From: Mytilus edulis
Taxonomy: Eukaryota
Length of the DNA: 64,000 bases
Reading direction: 5' to 3'
Assembly: GCF_963676685.1 (NCBI RefSeq)
Contig: NC_092344.1
Coordinates: 45,446,001 to 45,510,000, forward strand
The notes beneath the pieces were generated by a model that did no database searches, was not told the origin of the DNA, and saw only the letters and a list, made by a program, of their open reading frames with translations. The position numbers and the translations under genes were made by a program. Numbering within the stretch: position 1 is the stretch's first letter; every line of letters begins with the position of its first letter. Shown piece after piece: positions 26,650 to 38,500 of the stretch.

Positions 26650-28200
26650 TTCAATGTGGACAATTTAATATAAATACAAGTTTTGAAAGTGACAATGAAT
26701 ATTATCCTAGTAAAAGATTATTTTCAATGTCTAAAGAATCGTCGTTGAAAAATCGGAGAAATTAAGACTTTACTCTGGTGTAGGTAAAAGTTTATTTTCT
26801 TCTTCTGAAGAATCAGATGCAGATGTCCCTGATGTAAACATCAATGATGTAGAATTTGTGCCTGACATTTGTTGGTGACCTTAGAAATAATAATATTGAA
26901 AATATTATAGATGGTGGTGAAAATGTTAATACGAGATCTAATAAAAACGAGGTAAATATAAAACTTTGAATTTATTTGGATTAGAAAAAATTCTAACAGA
27001 TGATGAACTATAGAATTTTGTTAAAATTCAGGTTTATTGCCTAAAACTGTAAAATGTGATCAATGTGGAGATACTCTAAGTTAAGTATACAAAATTATTC
27101 GTAGTGGAAGAAAAAGACAACAGTTTAGATTCCAGTATAATAAAAGAAAGTGTAAACGGACAAAAAAATCCATATTCCTTTGCGTAAAAATACATGGTTT
27201 GAAAATGCATTTATGATTCTTTACGTAAAAGCTTATTACTTGTATACTGTTTTGTTCACAAATTTCCATATTATTTAGCTATCGGCGAAACTTCTATTTT
27301 TTCACAACTGACTCAGACAACGAAGTACAAAGTAATTTGAAAAAAAGAAAATTAGAAAGTTCAAAAGAAACTGTAAATGACTATTTAAATTATTGTCGAG
27401 AAATTTGTTGCTATGTAGTTGACAATATCAAGCCACAGAAAATTGGAGGACCCAGTTTAATGGTTGAAATAGATGAAGCTAAATTTGGAAAAAGAAAGTA
27501 CAATAGAGGGAGAGTTGTGGACAGAAATTGGGTTCTAGGTGGAATTTGTAGAAAGACCAAAGAAATGTTTCTTATGAAAGTGGAAAAGAGAGATAAAGAT
27601 ACTCTAATTCCAATCATAGAACAACATGTTGAAAAGGGAAGTACAATAATAACTGAATGTTGGGCGTCTTATAAATGTTTAGGAAAACTAGGATATCAAC
27701 ACCAAACAGTTAACCACTCTGAAAACTTTGTTGATCCAACTAGTGGTGCATGCACTAACTTAAGTTGAGAATAGGTGGTGGTGCATCAAACGACAACTGC
27801 CAACCACACATACAAGATCTAAAACTTTTGATAAACATTTGATGGAATATATGTGGAGAACATTATATTCGGATAAAACATCACTTTTTGACAGTTTCAT
27901 TCAGGACATGTGTAAAGTTGTAAAGTTCGTTGATTTGAGATCAATTATTGCACAATATAAATGAATTAATAATAAATTATAGTTCTAATTTTGTTTCATT
28001 TTTTCATATTAAATGTTATGACACATATACCTGTTCCAAGAAGTGACGCCCCCTATATCTGTTTGACACCCCCATTTTTCTTAAATCTTACTTAATACCT
28101 TGAAAAATAAATATACTAGTATTATTGTTGCACATTAAATATATATCAATTTAATTATATTTTTACAAAGTTTTGGGTGGGGTAGCCATATGGAACTCTT
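26650..28200 (+). mobile_element. Decayed Merlin / IS1595-ISXO2-like DNA transposon (transposase remnant ~27030-27964)
   Basis: ORF 27337-27768: IGGP...VEIDEAKFGKRKYNRGR...WVLGGI...IITECWASY...HQTVNHSENFVDP...CTN, continuing after a frameshift as VENRWWCIKR...HLMEYMWR. Degenerate CxxC upstream. Absent from the paralogous B-C spacer. TIRs not found, so boundaries are approximate. Confidence 0.85.
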
Positions 28201-29514
28201 ACCGGTTTTTTTTTATCTTACCATTCAGGTAGAATTCACTTCGTTTTTGTTGGTATCTGGATTAACCATTGCAGAATTTTTCAAATCAGAAGTTTTCTTT
28301 AAATTTATACAATAATTTGAAATGGTTTGACTTCTTCATCAGTCGATATAAACATTGTCAGGGTATTTTTGTTTACTTTTATCGGACCGATAACACCCCG
28401 TAGACTATGAAACAAAAATTCAGAAAACAAACAAAATTTCAAAGCTTTTGCATTAGTCTCAGCAAAGGTGAATGGTTTCGGAAGTAAAAGTCTCAGAGTA
28501 TATTGAAAAATAATCATTGATCTGTTGATTAAAGTTCCATAACTCTTGTTCAACAATTTTTTTTTCATCGAAAGTGAACTTTCTTTCACACTTTCTCAAT
28601 ACAAGTTTCATGATAATTAATCAAAGCATTTTGTAATTTCTAACGTCAGTTGAACGGACGTACATTGGGACAACGGCAATACTCTACCGTACTTCGTCAT
28701 GAAAGAGGGGTAAACAATACCAGAGGGACATTCAAACTCATAGATCGAAAATAAACTGACAACGCCATAGCTAAAAAGACAAAGACAAAAACAAACAGAC
28801 AAATAATAATAGAACATAAGACATAACTTATAGAAAAAAAAAGACTAAGCAAGACTAAAGACACGAACCCAACAAAAATCAAAGGTTCATCTCAGGTATT
28901 CAGGAAAGGTAAGCAGATCCTGCTCTACATATGGCATCCGTCATGTTGCTCATGCTATATAAACCCGGTAAATATTCCTCAGAAATATTCTAATACGATA
29001 GGTCACATTCGTGAAAAGGGAACGGATTATAGTTACGACATTAGGAACATGTCCGATATTTGTGAAACAGATACTCCATAACGATCAATGTATTTTAAAA
29101 AATATCGAATTAGTTATGGTATTCATCAAGGGTCATATAAAATTACAATACAGCCTCCACACCTTCCTTTACCTTAATAGTTACAGAAGAGTACAAATAG
29201 TTACCATAATACAGTTATTTAAATCGATAATTTTAAGATATACTAGTATATCAGATACCTTGTAAAGTCTTTGTTATAATTTTTCATCGGTTCACCTTGT
29301 AAAGTCTTTATTATTATTTTTCATCGGTTCAAACAAGGTTTAATTGTAGAATGGACATTTACCGTCTTACCTGACTGACTCTTTGTTGTATATAAATTAT
29401 CTCCTTTTGTCCTATGTTGTGCATAGTAGTATACAACAACAAAAAAGCAAGAAGGTGTGGAATATATCTCAACGCGACAAACAATTTAATGACAAAATCA
29501 CTTTTAAATAAGGC

Positions 29515-32500
29515 ATGAGCTACGTATCAATATTCACTAATGCTATTGTTGTAGCACTGATGGCCATGTATATATACGAAAATGAAAGAAGAATGGGGGA
29601 AATGTCAGTCAAGCTAAATCGAACAGGTAATGAGAAGTAAATTAAATCAAGGACAAACAATAATTTGTGAATGTATTCGACCTTCTTTTTTAAATCATGT
29701 TTGAATTTATATAAATAAAGTAAAATAACAAAAATACTGAACTCCATCGAGGAAAATTAAAAACGGAAAGTCTTTAATTTTATCAAAAGACAAAATCAAA
29801 AAACGAATGGAAAACAACAATCATATTTCCTTATGTAGAAAATATTATAGATTAACTATTGCTTTATATTCTTAGTCATGGTCCATATTCAGTTCAATCT
29901 AATAATCGATATGTATACTTCCTCGTTATAAAAAAAGTAATCAGTATTTACCTCGATGAAACGATCCATTCACACTATGCCTTTCATGTCGAGTTTATAC
30001 AAATTAAAAAATCCTGGTTATATTTAGCTGGGACACCCACTAAATATTGGGACTATTATACTAGTATACTAGTCCCAGTATTTAGTGAGTTTTGGCCCCA
30101 GTCACACTGTCACGTTTCAAAAGCTACGTTTTACTACGTTTTGAAAGCGTAGCGAAACGGCAATATACGTAACGAAGCGAATCGAAACGTAGTGATCCTT
30201 TCTTCAAAACGGGACCTGCCCCGTATGTTTTGAAAATTCCACAACAAACGTAGCGAAAATTGAAACGAAGTAGAAACCTATTAAATGCATATCAAAGCCT
30301 AGCGGAACGTAACAAAACGTGCTTACTACGGATCGAAACGTATCAATGCGTGGTTGAAACGTGGGTCTAGACGTACTAATACGTAGCAAAGTGGGATAAG
30401 AACGTAGCACAAACCTAGTAAAATCTAGCTTTCAAAATAACGGCACACTTTTATTCAAAACGTAGTTGAAACGTAGCATTTAATAGTTATCAAAGGTACC
30501 AGGTTATAATTTAGTACGCCAGACGCGCGTTTCGTCTACATAAGACTCATCAGTGACGCTCAAATCAAAAATATTTATAAACCCAAACAAGTACAAAGTT
30601 GAAGAGCATTGAGTATCCAAAATTCTTAAAAACGGAATAAAACGTGACAGTGTGATTGGGGCTTAAAACCTTAAACCAGAGCAAAACTCGCCTTCTAAAG
30701 TGGAGTTATTGTGAGGTTCTTTACGGCTGGTAATCTACAGAAGTAGAACAATCGGTTCTGCAATAAAAATCGTGCTTTCCAGTTACGCTTGAGTGAATTC
30801 ATTGACGCCGCTTCGCAAGGTATGCAGATTTCTGAAATCGCAATATTTAATCAGAATTGATCACAGTTGTTGTGTCGAAAAAAGTCACAAAGTAAAAGAC
30901 TTGAAAAGAATATAACACTTCCCCTCACGCATTCATGATGTCTTCAATCGGAACCGATCCCATTTTGCATCAAATGATTAACATTTACAGTTTTTAGATT
31001 TCTTAAGACGTTTATCAACTTCTGACAGCGTGTAAAATGGTCAGTCAGTCCCATGGACAGAAAAATAAGCGCAACTAGAACTAGCAGGTCCATCTAAAGA
31101 AATATTTCAAAAGTTTAATGTCACATTTTTTTTTTAATTTCTCGTTGGATGATTTATTTTGCAGGAGTATAACTCCATGCACACTAGTAAACAATACATG
31201 TCTTTTAATGAAATCATTAATCACAGATAAGCATTCTTCTATTTGTAATATGTGATCTGTTGGATTATAAAAATTGTAATTTTAGAAATTTACATACCTT
31301 GCGAAGTGGCGACAATGACTCAAATCAAGCATAACTGGAAAACCCTCTCGCGATTTTCATTGCAGAACCGATTGTTCTGTTTTTGTAGATTATCAGGGGT
31401 GAATTAATTTAATGACACCTATTTGCTTACGTTAGAAATAACAAGGCTCAAGCTAGCAGCCACTCTTTCCTTTACTGTTGATAAATATGTCATTATTGTC
31501 GAAGAACACATTTCGAGGTTTCTTTGTAGGTGTAACCGTTCATGGTGAAACAGTAGACAAATTTGTAGAATTACTTTCGAATAGTTGTGGATGCAAACAA
31601 AACAAGGAGTTAGTTAACGATATTGAAGACTTGTATGAAGAGAAAGGACCGTGTAAAGGTAAAATGTATACTTCGTTATATACATTTATCAAATAGAAAT
31701 GAATTTTTACATAAAAAATTATAACGTATTTTGTGACATTTTATTAGTAACACTAGAGTGCAAGTGATATGATACGACAAATACTGGTCAGGAAATTCAT
31801 ATAGGGTTCGAACTTTTCTCTCACCCATAAGAAATATACTGACGTCGTATACATTGTTTTAGGTCACTTGCACTATGTGTAACTAATATGTCACAAAATA
31901 AGATTGTACTGAGGGTAGATATATTACTAATAAGATAGAACAAGTTAACAATGGGAAAACCAATATCGTCATATTTTCAGTACGATTATTTTTTCAAGTT
32001 CACATATGTCAATTTCAAGAAAATGATCCAGGTATTATTTTAAGAGACTTTTCAGTTTATTTCAAGTTCACGTTGATATTTTCAATCCAAGCACTCGTTA
32101 AGACATATGTGAGTTAATGACAGGGCATCAACAATATATATCAACAAGAAAAAGGTAGGACCAATGTCACCTATATTTGTTCAAGCCACATAGTCAAGAT
32201 TAAAGAGTGGTCAAATCTTTTCGGACTTCGAATATTCAAAAGTCTATTTGAAATACTTACAACATTTTTTCACAGTTTACAATTTCCATGAAATCAATAT
32301 GTCATCCAACATTAGATATTGCCGTTGTAAATCGAAATTTGACGAATGTTGTAAAATTTACAGTTTTGCACTATATGTAGACCCATTGGTCACCTCTTTA
32401 TAAATAAGCAACAGCACTGTTAGAATCAAAGAATACAAACATGGAGTTGAAAAACTAGAACATTCAAGTAGAGAATTTCGGAAACAGGTCAGGTGTAAAA

Positions 32501-35500
32501 TGAATTCATAAGAAATTGCCCTACCTCATTTTCCCTTCCTTTTTTTAATTGTTTTTTAAGAGTTGTGCTTCAAATGTAACGCAACGAAGTCGACCAGTAA
32601 GGATGCATAATAAATAGCCCTTGGAATATCCACTGTAAGTTGACAGATTAGTTCTCCAAATATATTACACGAGTTTGGGATTTCGAAATATATTTTCAGA
32701 TGTTGTATTTTTTTTTAAATTGGTATCATGTTTACGAAATGAATGAAATAGGAATTGTTCATAGTCGATATCTGAGTAACACAACTGGTTTTGAAGGCTC
32801 ATCTTTTACTCTAGAAAGGATAGAAATTCTAAAATTATATGAGTCCTAGCTATAGATAAACTCTTCATAGATACCAGGAATAAATTTAGTATATACGCCA
32901 GACGCGCGTTTCGTCTACAAAAGACTCATCAGTGACGCTCGCTCCCAAATAGTTGAAAATGCCAAACAAAGTACGAAGTTGAAGAGCATTGAGGACCAAA
33001 ATTACTAAAAGTTTTGCCAAATAGAAAGACATCTACTTGTGAATTATTTTTATTCTTTCATTGCTGTTAAAATTTATCAATTAACTGATCATTTGCGCTA
33101 TAATCTGCAAATACTAAATACATTTATTATAGTCAAAAGACCATCTGACTGTATGGACTTAGATAAATCTACCTGTAAAAGTGGAATCTACACGATTTAC
33201 CCTGAAAACACGTCCGGTTTCAACGTTTTCTGTGAAATGTGGGAGCATGGTGGGGGCTGGACAGTGAGTATAGATAAAATCAAATATTGCAATTTTTCTT
33301 TATTAATGTATTTTATGTTTTAAACCAAACCGATATGTTTCCGAGTTTAAGAGATATCATACATTTGCTGTATACCATTGTAACAAATAAAAAAGATAAC
33401 AAAAATGATAACAAAATGCCAACAATAACCAAATAATTCAAATAAAAACTAGTACGATATGGACCTCAATTTCACATCATAAAATTAGTAGTTAGAAGAT
33501 TTTTCTTAACAATTGCCAGGTAAATGGTGGTTGTTATCTAATAGTTCGTTTCTGTGTGTGTTGCATTGTCTTTTGTTTTTTTTTGTTCTGTAGTGTTTCT
33601 GTTCTTTTCCTCTTACATGTATTGTTTATGTGTTTCCCTTTGGATTTAGTTAGTAACACGAATTTGTTTTCTCTCAATCGGTTTCATGACTTTTAAACAG
33701 CGGTATACAACTGTTGCATTTATTAGGCACAATAAAATCGCAACACCGAAGTTTGAAAAATAATCGAACATAAAAATTGCACAAACTATTGATCGGATGG
33801 TGTGTCAGGTACAAAATGTGAATGCATTTACCTACAAGTATTCTAAAATGTCATGAAATTATGAAACTATTTAAACTGTTTTATAATGCATGAAAAAAAG
33901 TATTTACAAAAATGTCGAACTTTGAAGTTGATTCCATAAAACGTTATACTGTATCAATCATAGGCACGACTTGACAACAACTGTCATATTCCTGACTTGA
34001 TACAGGCATTTTACGAAGAAAATGATGAGGGTACATGTAAACATGGTTTTATAGTTGGCCAATTCAATAAACAGTTGTTTATAGTGCCTTTATATTTACA
34101 AAATTTGGCGAGCAATGCAAACAGAAATATTAATTAAGGTGGTATCAAGCAGTCTGTTGTTATTTATGTATTATTGTCATTTTGTTTATTTTCTTTGGTT
34201 ACATCTTCTGACATCAGACTCGGACTTCTCTTGAACTGAATTTTAATGTGCGTATTGTTATGCGTTTACTTTTCTACATTGGTTAGAGGTATAGGGGGAG
34301 GGTTGAGATCTCACAAACATGTTTAACCCCGCCGCATTTTTGCGCCTGTCCCAAGTCAGGAGCCTCTGGCCTTTGTTAGTCTTGTATTATTTTAATTTTA
34401 GTTTCTTGTGTTCAATTTGGAAATTAGTATGGCGTTCATTATCACTGGACTAGTATATATTTGTTTAGGGGCCAGCTGAAGGACGCTTTCGGGTGCGGGA
34501 ATTTCTCGCTACATTGAAGACCTGTTGGTGACCCTCTGCTGTTGTTTTTTATTTGGTCGGGTTGTTGTCACTTTGACACATTCCCCATTTCCATTCTCAA
34601 TTTTACCTTGACTTAAATTAATGAGGTTCGTTTAATTTTTATAAAATTTTGAAAAAAAACATTTTACTTTGACCCTTTGATAGATTTTTGTATTTTATAG
34701 TATATACGTTTTATCAAAGGATAATGCCGTACTAGTATACATTATCCCATTAAAGGACACATCTGGTAAAATATAAATGCATGGGGTAATTTACTTGACA
34801 AATGAAAGGGTAAAATGAAATGAGAAGTATATTGGCTTATACTGTGGAAGTTCATAAAATAAGGTACTAATAATATATAATTCATATGAATGCAAACAAA
34901 TTTGTTTTATCAGATTTATCAGTTTTCAGGATAACCCGGAAATTAATTTCAACCAATCTTCTGTAACAGTATAGACAAAATATTATAACCAGTATATTTG
35001 AGATGACGTTGAGATGGTCAATTCAAATATTTCTTATATTTCAGGATTAGTTAAAGCAGTAGCTTAAAAAATAATTTGATGTCCATTCGTTTGATATGTT
35101 TTATCATTTGATTTTGCCATTTGGATTAGGGACTTTCCGTTTTGAATTTTCCTCGGAGTTCAGTATTTTTGTTTATTTTTTACTTGATAAAAAATTAATA
35201 TAAATCTTCACAATTTTAGAAAAGTGTAAAGCAAATTATTACGTTATCCCATGAGGGTGACATGACAATTGAGAATTAGGGATTAGAGAGGTGTTATATA
35301 CAAAAGGGATTTCTTCCTTTTTAAGATAATTTAGGTAATGTCACAAAGAATTGGTATTTGGGAAAACAACTAGTAAGTAGTTATCAAAGGTACCAGGATT
35401 ATAATTTAGTACGCCAGACGCGCGTTTCGTCTACACAAGACTCATCAGTGACGCTCATATTAAAATATTTATTAAGCCAAACAAGTAAAAAGTTGAAAAG

Positions 35501-38500
35501 CATTGAGAATCTAAAATTCCAAAAATGTTGTGCCAAATACGGCTAAGGTAATCTTTGCCTTGGATAAGAAAATCCTTAGTTTTTCGAAAATTCAAAGTTT
35601 TGTAAACAGGAAAGATAAGTAACCAGGTCAGGAATCAGCACTGGCCTTGGGTATACGACATATGGCAAAATTGGGGTACTTTGCTAATTTGCATAGTGGC
35701 CATTTTGCCTTATCATGACGGCAGCCATTACAATAGGATTATAAAAAAATGCCAATATGCCAATTCTTATATCGAATCAACAATTTTCCGCATATAGGTG
35801 AATTGTACATATTTTGAGGATTCTGTCCGTGTACAAATGAACATTGTGTACTTTGAAAACTTTCGGCCTTTCTAGTTTGAAAATCGGAAGCGAAACCGTA
35901 GTAGATCGTAGTATAACTGCTATATAATGCCTAGGTCACACATTCACTGATCACCTCGCCGGATCCGCTACGGATTAAATATCACGGATGATCTCGAAAA
36001 TGCAGTTTCCGTAGTCTGATACGGATCCGATACAGATGTACAACGGTATGACAACGGGTTTTGACGTTACTATCACGGATATTGAAGGACGGAGTTCATT
36101 TTGGCGACATGAGTGATAAGGGTTCTTACGGTAAGATACGGTTAAATACGGAAATGATACGGTATAGTACGCAACGACACGTGTCGTGACGTATGCACTG
36201 CTGATAAACAGCGGTTTGCTACGGTATAAGTAAGTACGAATGAGAACGGTCTTAAACGGAATAGTACGAACGGTCACATTTCTATAATTTACTTGTTATT
36301 TATCATTCCTATATGGCAGTTAATCGTAGATTATTTTTCGTTGTTGTTAAATAAATTATTTATCTGTCTGTATGTACTATAATGTGTTATTCGTAATCCT
36401 CGGACTAACAACATGTAGCAATTCTTGAAACATATTTAGGACTATTCTTTCAAGGTTCTTAAATGTAGCTGATTTTTCCGCACACAATTGAGTCATGAGG
36501 GGCGCAAACTAGCCATGGATAGGGAAATCAATACATAGACCACCATATACTCTGCGTATGTCATCAAGTATCTCGACCCTGCCCTGTCATTTTGTGCCAT
36601 ATCAATATCCAGTTCCAGCCAATTCATTGCAAGCACCAGTTGTTGGTTATTCATGTTGGATAATCATTATGTTTACCACAACGTCAAGAAACCGAATTAG
36701 TAGGACCCTATAGGTATGAAGTATTTATACAGAATCTAGCTTTATGTCAGTTTGTCGTCGTTACAGACGTAATACTGTGGATTCGTTATTATTCGTTGGA
36801 TACAAATATTTGTGGGTTTTATGGGTTTCGTGGGTCTCGTGGGTCTCGTGGGTACAGGTGAACCACGAATTTAAATGTTCAATGAAAAACAATTGTATCC
36901 AGACTTTGGCATAACCACGAAATCAAATATCCACGAAAAGTCAAGGATTTCGCAATGCACGAAAATTGGTAACAACGAAAATAAAAAAAAAATCCACAGT
37001 ATTCCGTATTTTGTCGTGTTGAAACGTAATAAACCGTAATAGACTTTCTGAACTCTGGCTGATACCTAGACTGTTTCTCTGTCCTTTATCTGTTTGGCTT
37101 TGGTACCCGTATGTTGCAAGGGAGAGGACCAGCCTAGGCTGATACCTAGCTATCCGTATTGCAACGTAATAAAATCTTGCCGTTACGTGACACATTCGTA
37201 ACAAATCGTATTGTATCCTTACCAATACGTGGTGTAACCGTACTAGTACGTAGTTCTCCGAAACTAGCCGTAGAAATCATTCTGGTCTACGAATAAGTAC
37301 GGATTAATACGCCGGGTTTTAATAGGGACTACAACGGATTAGTACGGTCTTGCTAAGGATATACAAGTACTACTACGAATACGTATGACTACGGCAACTA
37401 TACGGATATCTACTGACTTATACAGATTGCCACGAATGATGCCGACTTGTATCCTTAGCTAATCTGGCGTCAAATACGTGAATGTGTGACCTAGGCATAA
37501 AATAACGAAAAATGGTGAAAAGGCAATATTCAAAACATAAATAAAGATGCAAGAATATATTGTTCATGATTAGTCCGCATATAGAGAAACATCTTGGAGT
37601 TAAATACCATTTAGCTTACCTGCATTCTTAAGTTTTCGGCCAAATTCTTTTAAAAAGATAATGATTTCAACCTTCTCATTTCGTAAAAAGACAAATTTGA
37701 AGCAAGTTGCCTTAGAGTTTGACAACATTTTTGTAAATATTCGCCTTTTTTCAAGACCACTTTAGTTTTAGATTCATGTCGAAAAAGGGCTGGATTATCC
37801 GCAAATTTTAAAAAATTTATATTTTCAATCTGAAACTAAGCGAGGTAATATAATCAAAATGGCCAAAGACACATGGTGCAAATCATATGAATAAAGTACC
37901 CTTGATTTTGACATATGATAACATTTGTTATAATTGTTTTACCTTTTGTTTAATTTGATTGATAGGTATTCCAGCGCAGGATGAATGGTAAAATTAATTT
38001 CTATAGAGACTGGGAATCGTATAAAAGTGGATTTGGTAATATGAACGAAGAACATTGGTTAGGTAACGATATGGATTGCAAATTATATGATTGTCGCATA
38101 TCACATTTTCTAAACTCTCATTATTTTCCTCTCCCTTTTGATGTTTTCCGTATATCATTTTGATAGATATTTCATATTATTTTTTTTTAATAGAACTAAA
38201 ATCTAATCTCACAATAAATCACATTTCATGATATTAACCTTTGCCGTTATGATATTTTTCATTAGGTATGAAAGGTCGGAAAAATGTTGAAGTGTCTGTA
38301 TAAATCTTATCACAAACAACATAACATACCCAAATTGTTTTAACGGTGTTGTTTTTTAGCAGTGCTAGGATACTATCCATTTAAAACTTATTCGGTAATT
38401 TAACAAACAAGTTCTTTAAGGATATTAACTTGCAATTGTCGTAAGATCTATAAGTAATGAGGTACCTGTAAACAATTGAATATTTTTGTAAAAGAACACA

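Noticed and set aside
27337-27768. Bacterial IS1595 insertion or contamination
   Set aside because: It is embedded in host-like AT-rich DNA between spliced genes and is explained by the eukaryotic Merlin superfamily.
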